A DNA stretch of 62,377 nt, counting the filler, from Pirum gemmata (taxonomy: Eukaryota), in NCBI GenBank assembly GCA_002812295.1. It is 19 parts of 19 records of this genome, joined end to end, with 100 filler letters (N's around TTAATTAATTAA, not from the genome) between each part and the next. Parts side by side here need not be neighbours in the genome. Positions count along the whole stretch, not along the records: positions 49,546 to 52,458 come from PDIN01004095.1; positions 52,559 to 55,463 come from PDIN01004096.1; positions 55,564 to 58,468 come from PDIN01004097.1; positions 58,569 to 62,377 come from PDIN01004098.1; 15 more parts are not named here. One strand, given 5' to 3'. Shown one piece after another: positions 50,785 to 62,377 of this stretch (its first letter is position 1; each line of letters begins with the position of its first letter). A program made the position numbers and the translations under genes. The notes below the pieces were generated by a model. It worked only from the letters and a program-made list of their open reading frames with translations, was not told the DNA's origin and made no database searches.

Positions 50785-52625
50785 CGTGAAAAATTGAAAG
50801 TCTTCAAGTAGTCTTCCAAATAATCTTCAAGTACAGCTTCAGGAGAGTACTTTCAAGAGGAATGTTAGGAGTCTGTAAAGAAATTGTGTATTATTGAAAT
50901 ATTGGAAGTCAAAATACTGCGAGGTATAGTGTTTTTCATTGATTTTGTCACGATTATTTTATTAATAGTTTATAATCTTAAAATTTGACCATTTTTTAAA
51001 TTAAAAAAATAGAAAATGAAAAATACCAAATTAAATAAAAAGGATTTGTATTGTATTGATTAAGTGTACTTTTTATTGTATATTTTATGATGACAAAACA
51101 ACTGAAAATCCCTATTGACTACGAAACAAAATATGTTGCTTATATACCTACCTGAGACATGTGATGTCATGGAGGGCCCTCTTAAAGTTTTTTATATTAC
51201 ATCATTGATCTTGAAGTATGTTTTATATGCGGTTATTATTGTGCTTACTCTTTTTATTTTATTGTGGTATATATAGTAATACATATCACATTAATTGTGA
51301 AAATTGGGATATTTTACTTATAATGGTAAATTTACAAAATTATGTTTTGAATGTTTAAAAATAAGTAATGATACTATTTTTTTTTTTTTTTTTCAGCAAA
51401 TAGTTTGAATTTGGGGTATAACACGAATATAACTTTTTTTGCCCTTTTTCCCTTTTTCGTCATATTTATATAAAAATTCTTTATTCTTTATTATGTCATT
51501 TATGTNNNNNNNNNNNNNNNNNNNNNNNNNNNNNAAAAAAAAAAAAAAAAAATTATAAAGATGAGTGCACAAACTTTGCTCAAATTATTAATTTATTATA
51601 TTTAAATAGTATATAATTATTTGTCGTTATAATATGTTTATTACGATTATTATGTTTCTTCTGTTTATTTTTATTTATTTTAGTTTTTATTTATTATAGT
51701 ATTATAGTTTTTATTTATTATGTCAACACTTTTAATAATGTTTTTAAATGTTTAAGAGGTAACAGGCAATATGATACATTTAGGTAAAACTGATATATTC
51801 ATTCATCAATCACCACAATCAACAAAATAGAAACTCATCCCGAAAATAAAAAAATCAACACTTTCAATAATATTTTTTAAATTCAGAAATTTGTTCAATT
51901 CGTTTTCAAGATTCATTTTTAAATTTCCCGTTTTATCTTTTTCTATTGGTCAATTATTAAATATAAGATCACAAAAAATAAACGTCAGATAACTGGTGAA
52001 TTGTGGGGCTGTCGGTTTTAATCTTTAGTGGGATGTGGATCGAACGCTGTCAGATCATCGGAAAGATTCTTTGAAAGTAAAAATTACGGGTCATAAGACA
52101 TGTTCTGATAGAGTATATTATTGATGTAGAAAGTGTAAATAAACTAAATATCAAAATTAATGAGAATTGGCAAGGAAATTATAATGAGTATAAGGTGACT
52201 TACAACAACTACAACAACAACAACAATAATAATAATAATAATAACCAAACCCCCCCCAAACCCAAGACCGAAATGAAAAACAAAAACAACAACAACAATA
52301 ATAACAACAACAACAACAACAATTACAAAGCAAAAATAATAAAACCTACTTGGATAGATCTAGAACTTGAGAAAGCATGGATTCGTGTGTGGTTTAAATG
52401 TGGAAATGGTATTGACGGCAAAGTGGTGTAACATTACTTTATAATATGTAATACAAAANNNNNNNNNNNNNNNNNNNNNNNNNNNNNNNNNNNNNNNNNN
52501 NNTTAATTAATTAANNNNNNNNNNNNNNNNNNNNNNNNNNNNNNNNNNNNNNNNNNNNAACAATAATTAATAATAATAATAATAATAAATAATAATAATA
52601 AATAATAATAATAATAATAATAATC

Positions 52626-52664
<39 letters not shown>

Positions 52665-52677
52665 AAATATAAAAATA

Positions 52678-52716
<39 letters not shown>

Positions 52717-52749
52717 AAATATTAAAATAAATAATAATATTTTAAAATC

Positions 52750-53553
52750 ATGTCATCTTTTAATTTCAACCTTGGTTTGGAGCATTTAAATAATTTTCAA
52801 CAACCTCAGTCGTCCCAACATCCGAAAACTCAAATATCACCTCATCACCCACCCCATCAATCACCCAGATTACACTCGTCGCCAAACTTTCCTCCATCTA
52901 CTCAAAATGAATTTTCCACACCATTGCAGCCATATGCACAGTATTCTGCGAAAGTTGAATCAGATACAATGCTACAAAATCAGTCATCTCTTCCTCAAAA
53001 TAATGGTTTGATCAGTTCCCCAAATGAAAATTTAGATTACATGTTTCTCGAAACCAACCGACCACAACCACGTGCACGTACATTATCACGGACTAGTATA
53101 ACTAGTACAAGTAGTGTTGGAAGTATTGACATTGATGAATATGACAGTATGCTACGTTTATCTCCAAATCAACATAACGATCTTGTTGATACTATTATTG
53201 ATAGTAACAATAATAATCATATGCATAATAAAAGCGAAAATGAGACAGCAGCAGAGAAATCTAACCAGTTAATAATCGAAGAATATAGTCCTTCAGCATT
53301 TTCTAATTCTAGACGCGCTAGTGGTATTAAAATCTGTTATAAAGAAAGAAGAAGAAGAAATAACGAAGCTTCTAAAAAATGCAGAGAGAATTCTAAAAAA
53401 TGCAGAGAGAATTCTAAAAAACGAGTTTCACAAATAATGTCAACCAATGAATATTTAACAAAGGAAAATTTGGTTTTGAAAGAAAAGCTTGCTACGCTAA
53501 CAGAAAAGTTAAACTTTTATGAAGGTACAGGAGATAGCTTACAGAAAAATTAA
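52750..53553 (+). CDS. bZIP transcription factor (PAR/C-EBP-like basic region)
   Basis: YKERRRRNNEASKKCRE basic region followed by the zipper ..YLTKENLVLKEKLATLTEKL. Q/P/S-rich N-terminus. Confidence 0.85.
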   Translation: MSSFNFNLGLEHLNNFQQPQSSQHPKTQISPHHPPHQSPRLHSSPNFPPSTQNEFSTPLQPYAQYSAKVESDTMLQNQSSLPQNNGLISSPNENLDYMFLETNRPQPRARTLSRTSITSTSSVGSIDIDEYDSMLRLSPNQHNDLVDTIIDSNNNNHMHNKSENETAAEKSNQLIIEEYSPSAFSNSRRASGIKICYKERRRRNNEASKKCRENSKKCRENSKKRVSQIMSTNEYLTKENLVLKEKLATLTEKLNFYEGTGDSLQKN

Positions 53554-55032
53554 ATTTTTATGAAGGTACAGTATCTCCTGTAAGAAAAATGTAAAATTTA
53601 AAATAACAATAAAATAAATAATAAATGACTTTTACTTAGAATCATATTTTTGTTAATTATTTTAACCATTGTGGTTGTAGCTGTTTCAATAATTATTAAT
53701 TATTATCGTTGGGGTTGGGGTTAGATAATATATTATAATTAATACCTAACCATACTTTTGCATTGGATTAAAAAAAAAGTAGCGTTAAATTTCTAATTTA
53801 TTAATTTTTATTATGAAAATAGCATTTTAAAAAAACATCAATTAATTGATAATAAATAAATAAAAAAAATAATAATAGCTAAATACTTGTAATTGAAGCT
53901 TCATTGTTAAAACTGCTTTAAGTTTAGCATTCGAGTTGGTTAAAAGAAAAGGGTTGAAATTGGGGGAACCCCTTCAAACCGAACGATCGATATCCTGTAG
54001 AAACAGATCTAGACCAGACCAAAATTTGATAAAGATATAATGTAATAATAATCTTGTGTTTAGGGGTGTAAGTGTGTCTATTATTATATATAAATATATA
54101 TATATATTATAGCTACAATCATCATAGTATTAATATTATTATAACATAAAACATTTGTAACCCCCATGGACTTGCTCTATGTTTTGATAAAGGAATGCTA
54201 ATGCATATACTTGAACCCCATCGCAAATGATAATCACAATAATATACACACCGAAGACCATAACACAACCCTAACTTTAACCCTTAACCTAGTCATAACG
54301 TTAACCCTAACTCTAACCCTAACTCTAATTCTAACTCTAACTCTAACCCTAACCAGTTTCTCCTAACCCTAACCCTAACCCTAACCCTTCGTATAATTAT
54401 TGGCATTGGTATTAAAGCTGGTAGATCTACAGTTAGGGGTTATGAAAGGAGTTAGGGCCAGGGTTGGGGTTAGGTCAAACTTTTATAATTATTCTTATAA
54501 TATATAAACCAGAATAATTAATGAAACTAATAACTAGGCTAACTCTTTCTATTCTATATTCAAATTTAATTAATTATCATATATAAACATCAATTGATTA
54601 ATTATAACATTAATTTTTTTATTAGTTACCAAACCACAATTTTAAATTAACTACACTAAACAATAACTTGTCATAGACTAATATAAAAATTATATTCTTA
54701 TAATATATATTACATAACGTTTACATTAATATCACCGAAATAAAAATATCACCTATAAAACTCAAAGAGTATTTATTATCTATATAATGGTATCAGTAGG
54801 CTATAGATATAATATAATAGACATAATATAATATTATATACTGTTTTGATAATTTTCTACATAATACTGTTTTGATAATATTATTCTAAATTTTTCATTG
54901 TCCGTTCTGTGTGACTGATAGTGATAGGCCTGAGTGCTACTGCTACTACTAGACTACTACTACTACTACTATCGATGCTACTATTACCACTACTACTACC
55001 ACCACTACTACTATACTACCACTACTACTATT

Positions 55033-55213
55033 GTGCTTTTCATTTATTTTGTCATTCCAAATATTTATTTGGTTGTTTATAATATTTAAATTGATACTTT
55101 TAAATAAATAAATATATAATAAAATATACCAAATTAAATGAAATGTATTTATATTATATTAATTTGATATCATTTATTGTATATTTTATGATGATAAAAC
55201 AACTGAAAAGCAC
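55033..55213. mobile_element. MITE family A, full-length copy
   Basis: GTGCTTTTCATTTATTTTGTCA...ACTGAAAAGCAC. Confidence 0.85.
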
Positions 55214-55252
55214 TAGTATAGTAGATAGCAGTAGTAGAGTGTAGATAGTAGA

Positions 55253-55301
<49 letters not shown>

Positions 55302-55432
55302 TGTAGTAATTGTAATAGAAATAGTAATAGTAGTAGTGGTAGTAGTAGTATTGGTAGCTATAGTAGTAGTAGTATTAGTATTAGTATTAGTAGTTGCAGT
55401 AGTAGTAGTAGTAATAGTAGTAATAGTAGTAA

Positions 55433-55463
<31 letters not shown>

Positions 55464-55633
55464 NNNNNNNNNNNNNNNNNNNNNNNNNNNNNNNNNNNNN
55501 NNNNNNNTTAATTAATTAANNNNNNNNNNNNNNNNNNNNNNNNNNNNNNNNNNNNNNNNNNNNACACCCACACCCACCCACACACACAAACAAACACACA
55601 AACAAATAATATCAAATTAAGGTTAATTAAGAA

Positions 55634-56626
55634 TTACCCAAGTTGTTTGCAGCCTTGTAGTGAGAGTCTTTCAAGATTCGTCAAAGACCGCAGTGCCTGT
55701 ATATCACTTAATAATTTACAAGAATTCAAATCCAACTCTTTGAGTTTTTGTAAATCTTGTAAAGGTTGAATACTAGTAAGTTGTTTATATAAAGTCAAAT
55801 TAAGAGAATGAAGATTGTTTAACCTGCTTAACGATTGTATGTTTGTGTCACCGAGCTGCTTACAAGCTTGTAGAGAAAGTTGTTGTAAATTATTCAAATA
55901 TTGTAAAGGTAACATGTTAAGAAATTGTCCACAGTAAGTTAAATCTAGCTTTTCCAATTTATTTAAATTTTGTAATGATTGTATATTTCGAAGCTGTGAG
56001 CAATAACTTAAATCCAATTCTCTTAGCTGATGTAATGTTTCTAAAGGTTGAATATTGCTTACTTTTATACATGAACTTAAAACTAGTGTTTGCATACTTG
56101 TTAAAAATTGTAAAGATTGGATATCACGAATTTCTCCACAGTAACTGAGAATAAGATGTTGAAGAGAGTGTAAGGATTGAAGAAATTGTATATTATTTAG
56201 TCGGGAACAATTTTGCAAACTAAGATGATTTAATTTAGTTAAAGATTGTAAAGGTGATATATCCTGAAGCTTTTTTAAATTTTGTAACTCAAGCTTGGTT
56301 AATTTTGTTAGAAATTTTAAAGAGGAAACCTCATCAATATTGGGACATGTCCTTAACGTTAGTTTTTGAAGATGGTTTAAAAAAGCTAGTGATTGCGTGT
56401 TTCGTAGTTTTTCGCTATTTAAAATAATTAGCGTTCTTAGGGCATGGAATGAGGGTAATGCAGAAAAATCGGATGTCTTATTTTTGTGGAAAGCAAGTGT
56501 GGTGATATTATTTAAAACATCGTTTCTAGTGCTTTTACTAGCAATAACAATATTGAAAATTACCAAACGATCTGTAATGTAGCCGCGTTGTAAAACAAGC
56601 CGTAAAACTATTATATACGAATCCAT
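55634..56626 (-). CDS. Leucine-rich-repeat protein (~23-aa LxxLxLxxCxxLxxI repeats), probably 3'-partial
   Basis: About 12 regular LRRs. The ORF stop overlaps a likely G|GTAATT donor at 55637. Confidence 0.9.
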   Translation of the reverse strand: MDSYIIVLRLVLQRGYITDRLVIFNIVIASKSTRNDVLNNITTLAFHKNKTSDFSALPSFHALRTLIILNSEKLRNTQSLAFLNHLQKLTLRTCPNIDEVSSLKFLTKLTKLELQNLKKLQDISPLQSLTKLNHLSLQNCSRLNNIQFLQSLHSLQHLILSYCGEIRDIQSLQFLTSMQTLVLSSCIKVSNIQPLETLHQLRELDLSYCSQLRNIQSLQNLNKLEKLDLTYCGQFLNMLPLQYLNNLQQLSLQACKQLGDTNIQSLSRLNNLHSLNLTLYKQLTSIQPLQDLQKLKELDLNSCKLLSDIQALRSLTNLERLSLQGCKQLG

Positions 56627-56682
56627 AGTTTTGATTTAAATAAACAGTCAAACCTTACACTATTTTGATGATGATGATGATG

Positions 56683-56719
<37 letters not shown>

Positions 56720-56937
56720 TATAGTATAATAATAATAATAATAAAAATATATAGTACAATAATAATAATAATAGTAATAATAGCAAGAGATCATAATTAT
56801 CATGTTATGGCTAAAAAATAAAATTTATTACAAAAGTGGTAAAATTTGCGTTAATTAATTAAAATAATAAAAGCGAAAAATGATAGGGTTTTTGATCAAA
56901 TAAAATTTTATTTCAGAATCTGTAAATTTGGGTATTA

Positions 56938-57201
56938 TTACATTACTTTTCCTTTATTTTGCTCTGATTTGAATGCTTGGTAATAATCTTGAGCCATTTT
57001 TTTTCGAAAAGTATCGGTTCTTTCTCTCGTTTCACTAACCGGAGCTGTTCTCACCCCTGATATAAAAGACGCATCAGTGCGATCATTCAAAATTGACTCT
57101 GGACTAATATGCATGGTTGTTTTCGGCGTAGATTTTATACCTTTAGAAGTATTATTCAATTTGAATGAAAATCTCTCGAAAAATCTCTGTGCAACAACCA
57201 T
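56938..57201 (-). CDS. Small hypothetical protein
   Basis: 87-aa ATG-to-TAA ORF, higher GC than its flanks, A-rich start context. Confidence 0.55.
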   Translation of the reverse strand: MVVAQRFFERFSFKLNNTSKGIKSTPKTTMHISPESILNDRTDASFISGVRTAPVSETRERTDTFRKKMAQDYYQAFKSEQNKGKVM

Positions 57202-58431
57202 TTTGTTATTTTATTTTATTATTTTACTTATATTTTCAATAATATTATAATGAATTATAGTGTTTTGAAGTGATATCGTTTACTCTTCTGCTTGTGGATA
57301 GTTAGTTAGTTGATTTGTTTTAATTAATTTATCTTTTAATTATGTTTGATTTTGGATGTTAGAGTTTTGTTTTAATGAATAGTTTGTGCTAGTATTTAGT
57401 TAGTATTTAGAGTTAATGTTTAGTATTTAGTAATATTTGGTGCTCATAATTAGTTTTCGGTATTAAGTATTTTTAATATAATTATATAGTTTTTAGATTT
57501 TAGTTCTCAATTTTTATTATAGTAGTTTGAAAGTTTTGGGTTTTTTGAATCATAGCTTATAATATATTGTTTTATTATTATTATTATTATTATTTGTTTT
57601 TTTTGTTTTGTTTTATTTGTTTTGTTTGTTTATATATAAAATAATTATTATCATACAGTTTTATTTATATATATTGAGGAAAAATCTAGACTTTTTGTTC
57701 AAGACTTTCGTTGTAGCCAATGAGTAATGATTTTAGAACTTACCGGTATGGTATTTTTTTTATACCTATTTTTCCTATTTTGGTAAGACAAGGGTGGCGG
57801 GTAGGGTGGCGGGATGGGGAGCTTTCTTTTATTTATTTATTATTCTATCTTTGTGATAAAGACTATTTTTTTGGTGTGTTTGTATCATATGAGGGTTTAG
57901 CTTTAGCATATGGGGCTTTCATAGACTCATAGTTTATTAATTTTTTGTTGATCCATTGAAACAAGCTAATATAAAGTTATGGTAAAAAATTGAGGTTTAA
58001 TACATGTCATTATGCAATCATTATGTTATATAATTTTTTTTTTAAAGAAAAGCATAACACAACTCATAAGGTACTTGCTTGTATCAATCAAACACACTTT
58101 TTTTTTAAAAACACCTATCATACTGATCATACTATGTATGATATTCATAAGGTTTTTTTTTTATTTATGTATTATTATTATTATTTTTTTTTTTCAGCTT
58201 GAGCAGATTGAGTTTACATTTTTTTACAAATCACAAAACTGGATTTGATGAACTATTTGAATTTTGATCAGACTATTTGCTGAACTTTCGATTGATGATA
58301 AACAGTCTATGAGTTTTGGCTGAATAGACCAGTCTTCCAGACTGTTCCAGTCTTTTCTGATCTGATCTGAACTTTTATAACTAATAAATTATTTTTATTG
58401 GTTGGGTCACTTGGGTGCACATATGGTATTT

Positions 58432-58466
<35 letters not shown>

Positions 58467-58749
58467 TTNNNNNNNNNNNNNNNNNNNNNNNNNNNNNNNN
58501 NNNNNNNNNNNNTTAATTAATTAANNNNNNNNNNNNNNNNNNNNNNNNNNNNNNNNNNNNNNNNNNNNATGGTAATGGTAATGGTAATGGTAATAGTAAT
58601 AGTAATAGTAATAGTAGTAGTAATAGTAATAGTAATAGTAATAGTAATAGTAATGATAGTAGTAATAAGGTAATGGTAATGGTAAGAATAATAGGAACAA
58701 CAATAATAAAAGTTATAGTCCCTAACCCTAACCCTAACCCTAATATTAG

Positions 58750-61413
58750 CCCAGTCAAGGACGTGTAATGCTTCTATCGCCACGTCCATTATTAGCGCTA
58801 AAAGCAGATATCTGGCATAAAAAAACTGGAAAAATCAACAATTTTAATGGTGATACACACCGTGCGAGCAAGGAAGCGATACGTGCTTACCTGAGTGGTG
58901 ATTCAAAAGTGCTGAAGAAAATATTAAACGACAAAAATGTGTTAGCAGACATGTTTGTTAACCAGAGTTGTGACGTGCCAATGACTGTGATGGAATATGC
59001 AATTATTGCCGAGGACAAGAATGGTTTCAAGGCTCTGTGGGAAAAAGGTCAAAAAGGTATTGTTGATGGTCCAGACTTCCCAGTCTGCACGCTTGTGCAA
59101 CTCACTAGTGGAAAGCATACCAGTAGATATGCAGACTATAATCGAAGAAATGTTGGTGCCTCTCGAGGCGGTCTTGAAGGGAATAACGCCTTTGTTGGTG
59201 ATATGTCCGGCCATCAGTATCCCTCCAAAAGATCAAGACCAGCAATTAATTTCAATTTTCTTAGTAGTCATGACCCTATATCTGTTGAGTTCTTTCAGTA
59301 CCTGGGAAAAGAAACTTGCGGGGGAAGTCTAGTAAATCATCAGTTAAATTTCCACGAATTTGTCATGTATGGCCATCGTGAACTCGCGAAAAATGCAATG
59401 GGCATGATGTTAGATCGTGGTGTCGGGCTTAATAAGTTACATGTCGATGTTCTTGGGGACGGCAATACACTGGATAAAGTTCTCCCTGCGAGTGTCGTAA
59501 AATTATGTTCAAGTTGGCCTGTTCGCTTTTGTCCTGTTCATTGTGCTGCTTCAAACCCGAACCCAATATATCTTCAACATCTTCTAGCTGTAAATCCATA
59601 TGCAATCGACTGTGTCGATTCACACGAAGGAGGTTTGTTGCATTATGCAGCGGTAGGAGAACGACCCGATACATTAAAATGGCTACTCGATGGACCTGGT
59701 GCGTTATTAAATAGAAATGAAAAACTGCGTAAGGGGGGGAAGACTACACCACTCATGTGGGCTGCAAGAGCAGGTCGTGCGGATAATGTTCGATGCTTGT
59801 GTGCAGGTCAGTCTGGCGATTTAATGTTCACCACAAAGTGTGTGAACGGATACACTGCATTACATTATGTAGCTAAAACCGCTCGTGGGGGTCGCTTAGA
59901 TACTGCACGTGCTCTGATTGAATGTGGTGCCGACCCAAACATCTGTGCTGACGCACGGCTTCAAAACAAACAAACGCCGTTGATGATTTGTGCATTTCGT
60001 GGGGACTTGGAGCTTTTGGAAATATTGGTTGACAATGGCGCTGATCTCACTCTTGTTGACAAACTAAACAGGACACCAGTAATGCTAGCAGCCAAGAATG
60101 GGCATGTGCACGTGCTATCATACTTGTTACGTGCAGGGTCAAATGTGAATGCTGAGGACTCATCAGGAAACACAGCAATGCATTATGCTGCTGCGTATGG
60201 CTGGGTGGAATGCCTTAAGCTATTAATCGAAGTGGACGCGGCCGTGGACCCACGAAATAGTTGGTCAAGTACTCCGTTATCCCTGTCATTAAAGAAGGGT
60301 TGCTACGCTTGTGCTGTTATACTTCTCAACCTTAAGGATAGAGTTAGTGTGAATGTATGTGATAAGAACGGTGTTTCATTGTTTGCCTCATTTGTAGAGT
60401 CTTACATGCAGCAGCTTGACCATGACGAAGATAAATCGACCCCATGGACAGTAAATACGATTCTCAATCGGGAAGATTTAGATATTTCCTTGCCAGATGT
60501 TGATGGACGTACTGTACTCCATGTTATTGTACAGCATGTTATTTTAAATGTTAGTTCTTCTGCTACTGCCGTAGGCAAAAAACTTGACCTGCTCAACAAA
60601 CTTTTGGAACGCGATATTAGTTTGAACGCCATCAACTTTGCAGATAAAACTGGACATACGTTGCTTGACTATATCCCACAAATTTTGGTTTCATCCCCTG
60701 CTCTATTAGAAAAAGTTTTGAAAATTGTGGATAAGCTTCTTATAAAAGGTGTAAACCCCCTCAGTGCATGTAAAAAAGACGGTAAAGTACCAGCGGCGGT
60801 GGCATTATCGAAGGGGAGTTTAGAGGTGTGCAAAAAGCTACTTGACCATGTTTCCCATGAGAACGTGTTGACTACAGACTCTGGAAATTTACTGCATTTG
60901 TTGATGCCTAACATTGTGAAAAAAAAGAATCTTCATTCATGCAAATGTTCACGTTGCTAAATCGTTTAAACAATGAATGGATAGAAGAGGTCGATGACTC
61001 GGGCATGACACCTCTATTGGTAGCAGTTGACAGAGTTCGCGTAAACTGGATAAAAACCAATGGAAAAGGACGAAATACCTTGGAGAAGCTACTTGATGTA
61101 ATTCCTTCTCGACTATTGGGTGTCACTCTTCAGCGTGTTTCTTCGTTCCGAAAGTGGTCGGATAAAAGAATTGTAAACTGTAAACCCAATTGGAAACCTG
61201 CTGATGAATATACTAGTAGTCAAAGTAAGAGCTTGTTTCATGCGCTGGTTTGTTGTCCAGATGTTGAGTGGGTAGATTGTATTCTTCGTAAGATTATCAA
61301 GCATGTACAAAGCAATAACATTAATGTTTCCTCTATTTTAAATTTTAAAGGATACAGCAGGAACGATGTGGTAGGTCTTGCATTAGACACGTTTCTGAAT
61401 CAATCATTTCAAG
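58750..61413 (+). CDS. Large exon of an ankyrin-repeat protein resembling pme-5/tankyrase-like PARPs; frame break at ~60920
   Basis: TAG acceptor at 58749 right after a CCCTAA tract. Many ankyrin repeats (TPLMWAARAG, TPVMLAAKNGH, GNTAMHYAAAYGW) and the motif SRGGLEGNNAF. Ankyrin sequence (GMTPLLVAV) continues in the -1 frame to the AAG|GT donor at 61413. No PARP domain is visible here. Confidence 0.8.
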
Positions 61414-61549
61414 GTATTTTATTATTATTATTATTATTGTTATTCATTATTATTATTATTATTATTATTATTAATTTTTATTNNNNNNNNNNNNNNNNNN
61501 NNNNNNNNNNNNNNNNNNNNNNNNNNNNNNNNNNNNNNNNNNNNNNNNA

Positions 61550-62095
61550 AGAGTAATGGACGTGAGAAAGAAAAAGAGTATAAAATACATTGGGGAGGGT
61601 AAAGAATGGGAAATTAAGTTTGGTGCCCTTGAGATACTCGCTGTATACAATGGCGATGATGATGATGATGATAAATCATGTTTTGATTTCGTGTCGCTCT
61701 GTGATGATGTGGTATATGGGGATGCTGACACAGAAGATGTTGAAGTACAGTGGCTTGAGGTCGACGAAAAGGGCATTCTTCGCTATGATGACAATTTGGA
61801 AATGATTCCTATCGGTTCTTTAATTTGTGCGGTAACTTCGGAATTAATTGAATGTAGTCGTGATGGAGAAATTTGTTTTCAAGTACCAGAGAAAGTTGTG
61901 AAATTTATCAAAAAAAAGTTAGAGCAGCAACTCTCAGATGATTATGATCCAGAAGCTTATCTGGACGGCCCTGACTATTTGTCCCGTGTGCGGAAGAAGA
62001 GGACTAAAAAAACTGGTCATACGGATGATGACGGAGAAAAAGGTGCGAAACGGGCAAAGATGGGGAATGGCCGTGACAAAACTTCATCAAAAAAG
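61550..62095 (+). CDS. Coding exon after a gap, unknown acidic/basic domain
   Basis: Open frame with coding-like composition, ending at AAG|GTAATC. Confidence 0.6.
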
Positions 62096-62377
62096 GTAAT
62101 CCTAATCCAAACCATAGTTTCTCAGTTGGGAATCAGTTAATAATATGATTACAATTAATACTAATGATAGTAATAGTAATAGTAATATTAATAATAGCAA
62201 TAGCAATAGCAATAGTAATAGTAATAGTAATAGTAATTGTAATAGCAATAGCAATAGCAATAATAATAGTAATAGTAGTGGTAGTAGTAGTAGTAGTAGT
62301 AGTAGTAATAGGAATAGTATTTTAATTAGTATTAGTATTAGTATTAGTATTAATAATAATAATAATAATAATAATAA

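Noticed and set aside
51985..52431. Possible small exons
   Set aside because: Coding-like composition but no consistent frame, strand or recognisable motif.
3537..58568. Regularly spaced TTAATTAATTAA motif every ~3 kb (repeat-array or CRISPR-like appearance)
   Set aside because: Always embedded in 44+44 Ns; it is an artificial contig linker.

Overview
AT-rich, intron-rich eukaryotic (protist-like) draft DNA. The window is not one locus: it is 19 unrelated contigs of about 3-5 kb, joined by artificial N44-TTAATTAATTAA-N44 spacers, so neighbourhood across spacers is meaningless. GT-AG spliced gene fragments can be rebuilt by hand: a coiled-coil/villin-headpiece protein, an amino-acid transporter C-terminus, GINS Psf3 exon 1, an Mx-like dynamin stalk exon, a tandem-PH protein, a CYP86-clan-like P450, a Cys-rich protein, a tandem-PDZ protein, a bZIP factor, an LRR protein and a large ankyrin-repeat (pme-5/tankyrase-like) protein. 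Non-coding DNA is full of microsatellites, TTAGGG-type tracts (many provably intronic), several MITE and foldback families, satellites and decayed copia-like LTR-retrotransposon pieces. The strongest leads are: (i) an Mx-like stalk with a ~90-aa insertion and no GTPase exons in its contig, possibly spliced to an unrelated N-terminal exon; (ii) telomeric-repeat-bounded or telomeric-repeat-containing repeat units and self-complementary hexamer arrays inside introns; (iii) a -1 frame break at A AAA AAG in the ankyrin gene. All family calls come from motif recall, not database searches.
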